Shown: positions 43,177 to 53,562, counted from the first letter of the stretch. The stretch is DNA of 64,000 nt from an uncultured delta proteobacterium (GCA_963802945.1 CAWDKY010000029.1:96001-160000), one strand, 5' to 3'. Program-made: numbers and translations. Notes: generated by a model not told the origin, from the letters alone.

Positions 43177-43945
43177 TCAGGGCTCACGCTGGAGTTCAAA
43201 GGCTTGCCTGACTTGCTCGATCAGTGCATGAATCGAGAAAGTATCACTGTCGTATTCCGGCGGAATGCTTACAATCCGTTTTACTTCAATCGTAATCGGA
43301 ACACAGGTATTTAATAAGAATGTGCCCGGCTTTAATAACCTATTCGTATTGGTTGATCATCAACACCTGAATCGGAGCATGATATTGCCTGGCAATGGTA
43401 AAGGCCCCTTTGTTTAACCGCCCGATCTTCCCGTCTCGGCTTCTCGTACCTTCCGGAAAGACGAATAAATTCCCCCCTGATGACAAATAATTTTCCATAT
43501 GCTTGATACGTTCCAACATAAGGACAGTAAAAGTCTCCTCTTTCGTTGAAAATAAATACCCGGATTTTTTTAACACCCATCCGAAAACGGGTACTTTCAG
43601 AAATGTTTTTTTAACGACCGTCTTTTGTTTTTCAAACAGAGAAACCAGAAGGATCGGATCGAGGTATGAAAGATGATTACAGACAATAACGGAAGACCGG
43701 ATGGAACAAACGTCGTCGTCAATGCGGATGTTTAAGCGGGGGGTGATGATTCGCAGGACGATAAAAAACGATTTGAAAAATCGGTGATTTATTTTTTGAA
43801 AAGAATTTTCGAGGTTATCAGAGAATAGGAAGGAAAAGAGATAAAAGGGAGAGAATAAAATGAAATAGCCAAAGGTAAAATATATCCATATAATAATGGT
43901 GACAAAAAAATCAATAGAACGTTTAATCCATTTGGGAATGGTCAT
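43177..43945 (-). CDS. 1-acyl-sn-glycerol-3-phosphate acyltransferase (PlsC family); +1 frameshift near 43355
   Basis: NHLSYLD, FPEGTRS, KGAF; the frame resumes ITNTNRLLKPG...QREP*. Confidence 0.85.
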
Positions 43946-44025
43946 TTTATATTTTAGGAGGTAAGTATTGGCAGTGAGTTGTTTTTTGGAAAACTTTAAA
44001 AAACAAGCCCCTCAGACACCAAATT

Positions 44026-45270
44026 TTAAATATCTTTAGCTGGATTTTTGATAATCAGGCAGGTGTTAACACCCCCAAAGGCAAAATTTTGGATAGCAGC
44101 CATTCGGATGTTGCCTTCCTGAAGTTTCAGGGCGTGCCGAATCATGGCACAACGGTCATCCACTACCTCCAGGTTCAATGTTGGAGCCATGAATCCTTCT
44201 TCCATCATGTAAAGGCAGAGAATGGTTTCGATGACACCGCAAGAGCCCATCGTATGTCCCATATAACTTTTTAAACCGGCAACACAGGGTGAATTCCCAT
44301 AGACCGAATGGATAGCCTGCGCCTCAATAATATCCCCCATTTTGGTTCCTGTGGCATGAGCGCTCACAAAATCAATCTGATCCGAAGAAATTCCGGCATT
44401 CTCGAGCCCAAGTAGAAGCGTCTGGGTGACGCCGTTTAGATTGGGCAAAATCAAATCGCCGCCGTTATTAGTGCAGGAAAAGCCAATGACTTCTCCAAGG
44501 ATGTTGGCCCCCCGTTTACAGGCGTGTTCGTATTCTTCCAACAGGACCGCCCCGGCGCCTTCGCCAACGACCAGACCGTCTCTTCTGGAATCAAACGGGC
44601 GAGGGGTGAGATGCGGGGTGTCATTAAAAGCAGTGGAACAGGCCAAAAGATTATCAAAAACAGCAACGGTCGTAGTGTCATATTCGTCAGCCCCACCGCA
44701 AAGCATGGCCTCCTGCATCCCGAACTTGATCGATTCATATCCAAAACCGATGGATTGGCTGCTGGTCGTGCAGGCCGTTGAAGAAGAAATAACCCGCCCC
44801 GTAATTCCAAACATCTTGGTGATATTCACCGCTGTCGTATGGACCATGGATTTCAGGTATTCAACTGCACCGATGTTTGAATATTCGGAAGAAGAGCCCC
44901 CGAAAAAGATTTTATAGATATCCCTCTGAACCGAAGGGCTGCCATGAGTTGATCCAAAGGCTACGCCTAAGCGTCCTGAGGTGATAAACGCATTATCTAA
45001 ACCGGAGGCCTCAATAACTTCCTTGGCCACCTGACAGGCATAATAGGCCACCGGACCCATGGTCTTGCGATGCGAGCGTTTGAAATCATATTCAATGGGA
45101 TAATCTACCGTTCCGAAAACTCCGGAATGGATATAACTGGTCAGAAGATCATCCTTGCGTAACGGTTTTACTCCGGAAATTCCCTTAACCAGGCTATTGA
45201 TGATTTCTTTTTTGGAATGCCCAATAGGGGTAATCGCTGAACAGGCGGTAATAACGACTCTTCTTTCCAT
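44026..45270 (-). CDS. beta-ketoacyl-ACP synthase (FabF/FabB-like)
   Basis: RRVVIT, TACTTS, RPFD.RRDGLVVGEG, HATGT, KSYMGHTMG, NFAFGGVN. Confidence 0.92.
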   Translation of the reverse strand: MERRVVITACSAITPIGHSKKEIINSLVKGISGVKPLRKDDLLTSYIHSGVFGTVDYPIEYDFKRSHRKTMGPVAYYACQVAKEVIEASGLDNAFITSGRLGVAFGSTHGSPSVQRDIYKIFFGGSSSEYSNIGAVEYLKSMVHTTAVNITKMFGITGRVISSSTACTTSSQSIGFGYESIKFGMQEAMLCGGADEYDTTTVAVFDNLLACSTAFNDTPHLTPRPFDSRRDGLVVGEGAGAVLLEEYEHACKRGANILGEVIGFSCTNNGGDLILPNLNGVTQTLLLGLENAGISSDQIDFVSAHATGTKMGDIIEAQAIHSVYGNSPCVAGLKSYMGHTMGSCGVIETILCLYMMEEGFMAPTLNLEVVDDRCAMIRHALKLQEGNIRMAAIQNFAFGGVNTCLIIKNPAKDI

Positions 45271-45285
45271 AAATCAATTCACATT

Positions 45286-45552
45286 TCAGGCCCTTGTTTT
45301 AGCCAAAGCTTCCACATAATCACAAATATGGTTAATGGTCCTAATATCCATCGCCTGTTTTTTTTCTTCCTGAGTCAGCTCTGTTTTTAATAAATGTTCA
45401 ATCTCTACCAGAAGTTCTATGGCGTCGATACTGTCGAACTCATACTTCTCTCTTAAATCATCATCCAAGTCGGGATTTTCGATTTCAAATTCTCTGGATA
45501 GAATTTTTAATATTTCACTCTTTATCTCTTCCCGTGTCATAATGGTATCCAT
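45286..45552 (-). CDS. acyl carrier protein
   Basis: Acidic 88 aa, YEFDSIDAIEL. Confidence 0.88.
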   Translation of the reverse strand: MDTIMTREEIKSEILKILSREFEIENPDLDDDLREKYEFDSIDAIELLVEIEHLLKTELTQEEKKQAMDIRTINHICDYVEALAKTRA

Positions 45553-45774
45553 CGTTTTGTTATCTTACAGCTTCCTTCTTCCTATTCTTTAACCAAGGAT
45601 CTTCAATAAGATCGATCAATTTTAAAAGAATAATTATAGGGCAAGAAAAGTGCTGGGTCAAGGAGAAAAAAGGTCAAATTTAAACAGGCTTTATTTGGCT
45701 TAGAAAACAAAAAAATAGAACTTTTGTCCGCCGACGGTTGGGAAAAAATCGCTAAGTTTCCTTCCCTGAACCAG

Positions 45775-46512
45775 CTAAATCATTCCCCCATTGACGGAGA
45801 TGACTTGACCGGTAATATAGGAGGCATCATCGGAACAGAGGAATCGGACAACTTTGGCCACCTCTTCCGGGAGTCCAACCCGACCCATGGGGATGATCTG
45901 TTTTATCATCGCCTTGGGCATGGCTTGAATCATCTCAGTTTCGATCATGCCTGGGGCCACTACGTTGACCCGAATACCGAGACGGGCGACCTCCGAGGCC
46001 AGGGAGCGACAAGCCCCTTCAAGAGCGGCCTTAGCTGCCGAATAGTTGGTCTGACCGCGGTGGCCGAGCCTGGCAGAAACGGAGGAGATGATCACAATCA
46101 CCCCTTGGTTTCTGGTGACCATCTTTTTAAGGACAGGTTGAGTGACATTATAAAATCCTTGTAACGATGTGTTAATAACCCTGGTCCATTCCTCGTTAGA
46201 CATGAGCACAAAAAGACTGTCTGCCGCTACTCCGGCATTATTGACTAAAATATCAATTCCTTCATGACGGGTCAAAAGGGCTTCAAGGCTTTTCTCGGTT
46301 GCTTCTTGATCCGCCACGTCAAAGCAGACCGTCTCGCCCATTCCTCCAGCTTCATGAATCAATCCCAAGGTCTCTTCAGCCGCCTTTTGGTTGGAAAGGA
46401 AATTAACAATCACATATAGGCCGTTTTTTGCCAGTTCCAGACAGATAGCCCGTCCGATTCCCCGACCTCCCCCCGTTACCAGGGCAATCTTCCTCGGCGA
46501 TAAAGGTTCCAT
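45775..46512 (-). CDS. fabG: 3-oxoacyl-ACP reductase (second copy)
   Basis: TGGGRGIG, LVNNAG, NYSAAK, VAPGMIET. Confidence 0.9.
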   Translation of the reverse strand: MEPLSPRKIALVTGGGRGIGRAICLELAKNGLYVIVNFLSNQKAAEETLGLIHEAGGMGETVCFDVADQEATEKSLEALLTRHEGIDILVNNAGVAADSLFVLMSNEEWTRVINTSLQGFYNVTQPVLKKMVTRNQGVIVIISSVSARLGHRGQTNYSAAKAALEGACRSLASEVARLGIRVNVVAPGMIETEMIQAMPKAMIKQIIPMGRVGLPEEVAKVVRFLCSDDASYITGQVISVNGGMI

Positions 46513-46633
46513 GTTTTTCTTTCTCCTCAAGTTATTAAGGGTTTATAATAATCTTGACCTGAAATGGATGGACTTACCTAACATTGGACTGGGGGATCTT
46601 TTTTGGGGCTTGTCTAAAAGGTAACTCATTGCC

Positions 46634-47098
46634 CTACCCCGGCCCGTCCAGTAAAGTTTTTTCGGAAAGGGCTTCCTCCTCCGGCTCCATGACTTGGATC
46701 GTGGTTTTAAAATGGAAGTCCGACCCAGAGTCGACCTGACCTTCATACACGGCATATTTTTCAACATAATAGGTCTCGGCAATATGGATAACAAGCCTCG
46801 TCCCCAAAGGAATGCTGGAGGGAGAAAATTCAGCTTCTTTAAGACCGACTACGAATCCAAGTCGCGATTCGGCTCCTTTTCCTTCATTCCAGGTTCTCAA
46901 GGCAGCGATGGCTTGGGCGACCAGTTCGATACATATCAAGGAACTCACCATACCGTCTCGGTGAAGAGGCCAATTGGCGTTTACGGTAGCTTCTGCCTGC
47001 AGGGTTTTCTCGATCGGTCGTCTTACCCATTCCAAGAGCCTCATAAGATGACGGTGCGGGATCAAAGGTTCAGCAGGAAACAATTCATTCCGTTCCAT
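46634..47098 (-). CDS. hotdog dehydratase-like protein (ApeP-like, second copy)
   Basis: LIPHR..MRLL, IELVAQ, GFVVGLK. Confidence 0.78.
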   Translation of the reverse strand: MERNELFPAEPLIPHRHLMRLLEWVRRPIEKTLQAEATVNANWPLHRDGMVSSLICIELVAQAIAALRTWNEGKGAESRLGFVVGLKEAEFSPSSIPLGTRLVIHIAETYYVEKYAVYEGQVDSGSDFHFKTTIQVMEPEEEALSEKTLLDGPG

Positions 47099-47123
47099 TT
47101 TTTTTATCCCATTAAATCATTCA

Positions 47124-47516
47124 TCAGTGTTCAAAAGGGCCTTCTTCTCGGGCCTTCAAAAAACCATGGACAACGAGTTTGGCCTGACAGGTTATCTGAA
47201 AATCGAGTTTAGCCTCAGGACCGCTGGGCATGGCTGCTACAGAAATGCATAGTTCATCCCCCGGGAGAACCAGATGCCTAAACCTTACCCTGGAAAAGCC
47301 TAAGACATTGAGAAGCCGACCATTTTCAAAGCCTTGCCTTTGTAGCGTTTCAGAAGCCAAGGCGAGGAGAGCCACGCCGGGTAACAAGGGGAATGTTTCA
47401 AAATGCCCCGAGAACCACTTTGATTGAGGCCCGAATCGCACCCTCGATTCCCATCGGCCTTCAGGGGTGATCCGTTGTTTCTCCAGAGGCAACCAATCAT
47501 CGGGGGGGGTAGGCAT
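47124..47516 (-). CDS. FabZ/ApeI-like dehydratase (second copy)
   Basis: WFSGHF..FPLLPGV, VRFRHLVLPG. Confidence 0.8.
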   Translation of the reverse strand: MPTPPDDWLPLEKQRITPEGRWESRVRFGPQSKWFSGHFETFPLLPGVALLALASETLQRQGFENGRLLNVLGFSRVRFRHLVLPGDELCISVAAMPSGPEAKLDFQITCQAKLVVHGFLKAREEGPFEH

Positions 47517-47600
47517 CCTACGACAGACTTTCTATTTTCGAGCTATCTGATATAAAATATAAGAGCTTTTCTTTTGGGGGACTTTTTATCAGTATGAAAA

Positions 47601-47688
47601 ATTCTATCCATAACTATTGGTATTGTCAATATTAAATAAACTTTATACTTAATTTCTCTTGACCTCAGGTTCTAATCCATTTTATAAT
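47601..47688. promoter_or_regulatory. divergent sigma70 promoter pair inside the lipid cluster
   Basis: Minus TTGACA-N17-TAGAAT (47629-47601); plus TTGACC-N18-TATAAT (47659-47688). Confidence 0.55.
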
Positions 47689-47740
47689 TCGTCTCACTTT
47701 AAAGGATAACCAATAAGAAAAATAATAAAAAGGGAGGATC

Positions 47741-48016
47741 ATGATGCCTGAAAAGGAAGACATTAAGGGCATTATTGAAAATGTAGCCCAAAAAATAATT
47801 TTTGAACTCAAACTGGAAGATGTAACGGTGGAAACGTTCAATCCTGATTTGGATCTGATCGATGAACTGGGAATTGACAGTATGGATCTGGCCACTATCG
47901 CTCTGGTTTTACAGGATGAATACAAGATTGTCATTGACGAAGACGATTATCCCAAATTGAAGACCATTCGCTTGATCGCCGAATATGTTGAGGAAAGAGT
48001 TAAAGCCCGGAGTTAA
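47741..48016 (+). CDS. acyl carrier protein
   Basis: DLIDELGIDSMD; GGAGG RBS. Confidence 0.9.
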   Translation: MMPEKEDIKGIIENVAQKIIFELKLEDVTVETFNPDLDLIDELGIDSMDLATIALVLQDEYKIVIDEDDYPKLKTIRLIAEYVEERVKARS

Positions 48017-48074
48017 GAATCCGGCAGCCCGATCCCGGTGCTAGGGTAGAGCAACTGAGAGGAACTCATTCGCC

Positions 48075-49145
48075 ATGACCATGAATCATCAGCCATTCTT
48101 GGAACCAGACCAAACGAAATTTTCCGAACTGCTTGCCCATCCGGAAGTCAGGCAGCGGTGGGAGAAAGTCCGAAAATATTTTTTCCTGCGGGAATCCACC
48201 TATGACATGAGCAATCGCTGCAATCTCCGTTGCGACGGATGTTATTATTATGAGGGGGAAAAACAATTCGCCGTTGAAAACAATCAGGTCGAAGCCTGGC
48301 GGGAACTGATGCAAACCGAAAAAAAACGGGGTATCACTTATGTGGTTCTGGCCGGGGCTGAACCCTCGCTCGTTCCGGAACTGTTGGAGGTATGCTTTCA
48401 GGAAATGCCGTTGGGCAGCATAGCCACCAATGGGTTGAAAAAAATCCCGGAATCGGTTGGATATAAAATCCACATTTCGGTTTGGGGTAACGATGAAACC
48501 AGCCTTCAGGTTCGGAAGGCCAGGGATCTTTTAACAAAACAAATCGAAAATTACCGGAATGACCCGCGGGCCGTTTTTGTCTATACCTTCACCCGGGTCA
48601 ATATCGCAGAGGTCTGGGAGGTGGCCGAACGCCTCGTGGCCGAGGATTGTAAGTTGACCTTCAATGTTTTTTCCTCCCCGATCGGCTATAAAGGACCTTT
48701 ACGCCACAATGAAGATTCACTGGAACGTACCAGAAACAATATGATCGCCCTCCTGGAGAAATATCCTCAGCAGGTTTTGTTCTCGGTCTATAATGCCGTT
48801 GCCCATACCCACCGCGGCAGTTTGCATGACCTTTTTGCCTGCCAGTACCCTCGACAAAACCCCTCTCAGGACATTGGCCTGGGACGGTCCTTTCGACAGT
48901 ACCGAACGGATTTAAAATGGGACCGGTCGGTGGCCTGCTGTGTGCCGGATACCGATTGTAGCGATTGCCGGCATTATGCCTCAGGTTCAGCTGTGGTCAC
49001 CGCCCGTCTTTTTCGTCATGCCGGTCAATTGGACACCTTCAAGGCTTGGCTGGATTATGTGGATACGTACCTGGCGGTATGGGTGATGGGGTATCCCAAA
49101 GGGGAGAATCTCTGTCCGGCCCCGGTCAGCCCCCCGATGACCTGA
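48075..49145 (+). CDS. radical SAM protein (paralog A, no B12 domain)
   Basis: YDMSNRCNLRCDGCYY, LAGAEP, ATNG, C-terminal C..CCVPDTDCSDC. Confidence 0.85.
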   Translation: MTMNHQPFLEPDQTKFSELLAHPEVRQRWEKVRKYFFLRESTYDMSNRCNLRCDGCYYYEGEKQFAVENNQVEAWRELMQTEKKRGITYVVLAGAEPSLVPELLEVCFQEMPLGSIATNGLKKIPESVGYKIHISVWGNDETSLQVRKARDLLTKQIENYRNDPRAVFVYTFTRVNIAEVWEVAERLVAEDCKLTFNVFSSPIGYKGPLRHNEDSLERTRNNMIALLEKYPQQVLFSVYNAVAHTHRGSLHDLFACQYPRQNPSQDIGLGRSFRQYRTDLKWDRSVACCVPDTDCSDCRHYASGSAVVTARLFRHAGQLDTFKAWLDYVDTYLAVWVMGYPKGENLCPAPVSPPMT

Positions 49146-49198
49146 ACTCCGGACCGAAAAATCAGAAAAACAAAAAGAAGGCTTTAAGAGACGACTTT

Positions 49199-50197
49199 AT
49201 GAAAACCGTCAGTTCATTATTAGATTCATCCTGGTCCGAACGTTATCGGAGGATTTCCAAATTAAATATCCGCAGTTCCATCTATGATGTTACCAACCAA
49301 TGCAATTTGCGCTGTAAGGGGTGCTTTTTCTTTTCCTCCAATGAACATCGGGCGGCCCGGGAAGAAATGGATCTAAAAAAGTGGGAGACTTTTATCGACC
49401 GGGAAAAAGAGCGGGGCGTCAATCTGGCCATATTGATCGGCGGAGAGCCGACCCTTTTCCTGGACAGGGTTGAGGCCTTTTATCATCGGCTGCCGACCTA
49501 TTGTGCCACCAACGGCTTGATCAAAGTGCCCCGGGATCGGTTTCCTGATATGATGATCGGGATCTCTCTCTGGGGCAGTCCTGAAGATGAAAAAATGCTC
49601 AGGGGAAAAGACACCTTTGCCGTTTCCAGTAAGCATTATGCCGGTGACCCCTATACCTATTATCTGTACACCATCACGCCACGGCAGGTAGGTAAAATCG
49701 AACCGGTCATTAAAAGAATCGCCGATATCGGGTTGAAGGTTCATCTTCAGCTTTTGTCAAACGACGAACATGTGGAAGGCTTTTCCTGGCGGGAAGAAGA
49801 ACTAACGGCCTTGCGTCACGAACTGGATGAAATGTTGGATCGGTATCCCCAAACGATCATTTCCTGCAAATATTACCATCAAATCATCACCACAGGGACC
49901 ATGATGGGCCGTCCCTTCGGCTGGAACGAATGCCCCTCTGTAACCGAATCCTTAGACAATAGGAATCCCCAGCCCCACCGTTTGATTCACTTCATCCGCT
50001 GGGCTTCTGATTTAAAGACGGTCCACCGCTGCTGCACTTCAGCCAGCCGGGACTGTTCCACCTGCAAGGACGGGGCGGCCCACATGAGCTGGGTTATGGT
50101 CAACAAAAGGGAACATATTCGGTCGACCGAAGATTTGCAGAACTGGATCGAAGTTTATGAAATGTTCGCCAAACTGTATCATTTTATCCCCTGGTGA
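49199..50197 (+). CDS. radical SAM protein (paralog B, no B12 domain)
   Basis: YDVTNQCNLRCKGCFF, IGGEP, ATNG, C-terminal C..CCTSASRDCSTC; ATG MKTVSS taken as the start. Confidence 0.85.
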   Translation: MKTVSSLLDSSWSERYRRISKLNIRSSIYDVTNQCNLRCKGCFFFSSNEHRAAREEMDLKKWETFIDREKERGVNLAILIGGEPTLFLDRVEAFYHRLPTYCATNGLIKVPRDRFPDMMIGISLWGSPEDEKMLRGKDTFAVSSKHYAGDPYTYYLYTITPRQVGKIEPVIKRIADIGLKVHLQLLSNDEHVEGFSWREEELTALRHELDEMLDRYPQTIISCKYYHQIITTGTMMGRPFGWNECPSVTESLDNRNPQPHRLIHFIRWASDLKTVHRCCTSASRDCSTCKDGAAHMSWVMVNKREHIRSTEDLQNWIEVYEMFAKLYHFIPW

Positions 50198-50374
50198 TTC
50201 CGGGCGGGACTTTGGCAGTCTGCTTTTTCCGGCATTCAAATCCGACCTCCTCATCGATTCCATCGAAAAGAGAAAAAGCGCTGGCTTGGTCTCCTCAACG
50301 GTAGGTGATGCCTCAGGGCATATACTTAAAAATTTATTTCTCTTCAAATGTTCTTTTTGATTTGAGTACTCTTT

Positions 50375-51625
50375 ATGGAATCAAAAAAAGCAGTCATTTT
50401 AGGATATGATGCTGTTTCCCCTTTAGGAACGGACTGGAAAACCCAATGGGAAAGGGTGGTACGCGGGGACTCAGGAATAGGCCCCCTAACCCGTTTTTCC
50501 TTAAGTCCCGATTTCCCGGTAAGGGTGGCCGGGGAAGTTCCGCCTTTTGATATCAAGCCTTTTCCTTTTTTGCAACCCCGGGAAATGGCCCATTGGACTT
50601 CCCCTATTTTCCCCAACGCCCTGTTGGTCGTCCACCGCGCCCTGCAAAAAAGCGGTTTGGTGATTACACCCGAGATAGCCCCCCGCGTGGCCGTCACCTT
50701 CAGCAGTGCCATCGGAGGGCTGGATGCCGTGTTGGTGGCGGACCGCTTGATGGTCTCCCAGGGGAAAATGCCCCATCCCTTTACCAACCCCAACTCATGC
50801 ATCAATATGGTCGGCGGACGGGTCTCTGTTTTCACCGGGGCTACCGGACCCATCTTTTCCACCATTACGGCCTGCGCCACGGGCGTCACCTCATTAATCA
50901 CAGGGGCAATGCTTCTGCGTCAGGGGCTGGCCGATGTGGTCATCGGAGGAGCGGTCGATTTTCCGTTGGTTGAACCGATCGTTGCCGGCTTTGTCACCAT
51001 GAACGGCGCTTATCATCCCAAAGAGGGTCAGCCGCTTGAACCGCCTGAAAAAACCAGCCGGCCTTTTTCCGTTAACCGCAGGGGGTTTGTGGTTTCCGAA
51101 GGGGCAGCCTGCATTATCATTGCCTCAGCGGAATTCGCTGCCGCCCATGGACTTAAAGCGCCCATAGAACTGGCCGGGTTTGGAATGACCTCGGATGCCA
51201 AGCACTTCGTTGCCCCTAATCTGGAAACCGTTCAAAGATCCATGGAGCTGGCTATCACCCAGGCCGGGATTAATCCCTCGGATATCGATGCCATAAACGC
51301 CCACGCCACTTCGACCAAGGTAGGGGACAAGGTGGAGGTTGATGCCCTGCATAATATCTTCGGAAAACGCATTCCTCCGGTATCGGCCAATAAATCCCAA
51401 ATGGGCCATGCCATGGGGGCCTCCAGCGCCATTGAGGCCATTTTCGCCATGGAAGGGTTGCTCAAAGATACCTTGCTTCCCACGATTAATTATCTCCCTG
51501 ATCCGGAAGTTGAATTGGACTGTGTGTCCGAAGGGGCCAGAAAATTGAACGGAGAATTTATCTTGAAAAATGCACTGGGCTTTGGCGGGTGCAATGCCTG
51601 TTTGGTTTTACGGAGATTGTTATAA
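50375..51625 (+). CDS. beta-ketoacyl-ACP synthase II-like
   Basis: TACATG, SRPFS..R.GFV.SEG, HATST, KSQMGHAMG, GFGGCN. Confidence 0.9.
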   Translation: MESKKAVILGYDAVSPLGTDWKTQWERVVRGDSGIGPLTRFSLSPDFPVRVAGEVPPFDIKPFPFLQPREMAHWTSPIFPNALLVVHRALQKSGLVITPEIAPRVAVTFSSAIGGLDAVLVADRLMVSQGKMPHPFTNPNSCINMVGGRVSVFTGATGPIFSTITACATGVTSLITGAMLLRQGLADVVIGGAVDFPLVEPIVAGFVTMNGAYHPKEGQPLEPPEKTSRPFSVNRRGFVVSEGAACIIIASAEFAAAHGLKAPIELAGFGMTSDAKHFVAPNLETVQRSMELAITQAGINPSDIDAINAHATSTKVGDKVEVDALHNIFGKRIPPVSANKSQMGHAMGASSAIEAIFAMEGLLKDTLLPTINYLPDPEVELDCVSEGARKLNGEFILKNALGFGGCNACLVLRRLL

Positions 51626-51653
51626 AGGATAAACTGGAAAAACTCTAAATCCG

Positions 51654-51790
51654 GACGGCTTCGTAAAAAGTTCGCAGGTAAGGCGCGCAAATCCTGAGAA
51701 ACGAGGCGTACACATAGGTACGCCGCAATGACGAAGGATGAAGCGCAATCCCGCGAAACGCGGGACTTCCGGACTTTTTACGAAGTCGTC
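51654..51790. mobile_element. 137-bp MITE-like element with 18-bp terminal inverted repeats
   Basis: gacggcttcgtaaaaagt ... actttttacgaagtcgtc (1 mismatch); internal hairpins ggcgtac/gtacgcc and tcccgcg/cgcggga. Confidence 0.75.
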
Positions 51791-51811
51791 ATAAAGGACG
51801 TGCAGTGAACC

Positions 51812-53077
51812 ATGAAGGCACCTAAAAACAGAAGGGTGTTTGTTGTCGGTTATGGGATGGCCACACCCCTGGGCAGCACCTTTGAGAAGACCTGGAAGCG
51901 GGCTGTCAAAGGGGAAGCCGGGTTCCGGAAAGTCACCCGATGCCAGGTGGAATCGGCCTGCAACATTGTCGGAGAAATCCCGGACTGGAATCCCTTAGAG
52001 CTGGATTATATCGATGCCAAAGAAGTGTACAACTGGAACGCCGGTTTTGTTATCATGACCATGGCTGTCTGTCAGGAAGCCCTGCAAAACGCCGGGATTA
52101 CCATGGATGAACAGATTTCCCCCCGAATGGCCTGCCTGATGGGCTCTGCCTTAAATGGGCCGGATGCTTTTCGTATCGCCATGCAGGACCTGGAACAACG
52201 GGGACCTTTAAGGGTAAGCCCTTATCTGCTCCCCAATCTATGCGCCAATGTACCTGGCGGAAAGGCCGGCATGCTCCTAAAATTCACCGGTCCCATCTTT
52301 TCTCCCCAAGGGGCCTGCGCCTCGGGGAACCATGCCATCGGGATAGGGGCCAGAATGATCCGGGACGGGGATTGCGATTTCGTATTGGCCGGCGGGGCCG
52401 ATGCCCCTATTCTGCCGGAATTGATCCACGGCTTTGCCAATATGAATGCTACGATCAAGGTCTACCCAAAAGATCGGGCCTTTACAGATCCAGCCCAGGC
52501 TTCACGCCCTTTCAGTCTTGACCGAAGAGGATTTGTTCTTTCTGAAGGAGCCGGCGCAGTAATTCTGGCGGCGGAAGAAGTCATTAAGGCTTACGGTCTC
52601 AAGGCCCTGGCCGAGGTCTTAGGGGTAGGCTGGACTTCGGACGCTTATCATTACACCAGTCCCAATCCCGTCACCATTGTCCGGGCCATCAGGGAAACTA
52701 TTGAGGACGCTGGCTTGGAGCCAAAGGACATCCAATATATCAATGCCCACGGTACGTCTACGCCCAAAGGGGACCGGACGGAAATAAAATGCCTTCGTGA
52801 AGTGTTCGGCAAGGCCATTGAAAAAATCCCCGTTTCTTCCAATAAGTCCCAATTTGGCCACACTTTGGGGGCCACCGCAGCAATTGAAGCGGCCTTAACC
52901 ATCGAAGCCATGGGAAGAGGGTGTATCTTACCGACTATCAATCATATTCCTGATCCGGAATTTTCCGATATCGATGTAGTGCCCAATGAAGTCCGCCGGC
53001 ATCATTATGAATTGGCTCTTTCCAATGCCTTTGGGTTTGGAGGGACGAACTGCTGTATTATTTTCAGGGGGGTGTGA
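51812..53077 (+). CDS. beta-ketoacyl-ACP synthase II-like
   Basis: RRVFVVG, GACASG, SRPFS.DR.GFVLSEG, HGTST, KSQFGHTLG, NAFGFGGTN. Confidence 0.9.
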   Translation: MKAPKNRRVFVVGYGMATPLGSTFEKTWKRAVKGEAGFRKVTRCQVESACNIVGEIPDWNPLELDYIDAKEVYNWNAGFVIMTMAVCQEALQNAGITMDEQISPRMACLMGSALNGPDAFRIAMQDLEQRGPLRVSPYLLPNLCANVPGGKAGMLLKFTGPIFSPQGACASGNHAIGIGARMIRDGDCDFVLAGGADAPILPELIHGFANMNATIKVYPKDRAFTDPAQASRPFSLDRRGFVLSEGAGAVILAAEEVIKAYGLKALAEVLGVGWTSDAYHYTSPNPVTIVRAIRETIEDAGLEPKDIQYINAHGTSTPKGDRTEIKCLREVFGKAIEKIPVSSNKSQFGHTLGATAAIEAALTIEAMGRGCILPTINHIPDPEFSDIDVVPNEVRRHHYELALSNAFGFGGTNCCIIFRGV

Positions 53078-53562
53078 AGATGCGTCCCAAACCTTTTCGA
53101 CCCGAACCTTTCACTAACGATCCCAACTTTATCCGCGACCAATCCACTGGTTTGATCTGGCACCGCTCTAAGTATAGAACGTTATATGCCGATACGGACC
53201 GTTCGGCCGTGGTTTATCATGCCAATTACTTGAGATTTTTTGAATTCGGACGAACCTCTTTGATGCGCGACTTCGGTTACCCCTATAAAGAAATCGAAGC
53301 CAGCGGCTTTGTTTATCCCATTATCGATTTAAGGATCGGATATTATTCTCCCTTGTATTATGATGACGTCATGCTGATCCATACCCGGCCGACCCACCTG
53401 GAAAGGGTCCGACTGCAGTTTGACTACCTGATCACCGAAGCGGAAACCGGCCGGATCGTCTGCATCGGATATACTAAACACTGCGCCCTGAATGCCAAGG
53501 GGCTTCCTGTGGCCGTGGACCCCCAAACGATTGCCCTTTGGAAATCCTTCCCCGGTGACTAA
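53074..53562 (+). CDS. YbgC/FadM-like thioesterase
   Basis: YADTD..VVYHANYLRFFE.GR. Confidence 0.88.
   Translation: MKMRPKPFRPEPFTNDPNFIRDQSTGLIWHRSKYRTLYADTDRSAVVYHANYLRFFEFGRTSLMRDFGYPYKEIEASGFVYPIIDLRIGYYSPLYYDDVMLIHTRPTHLERVRLQFDYLITEAETGRIVCIGYTKHCALNAKGLPVAVDPQTIALWKSFPGD

Noticed and set aside
48965-49198. N-terminal extension of radical SAM B in the ORF track
   Set aside because: It overlaps the end of rSAM A out of frame. Similarity to the paralog begins after the ATG at 49199.
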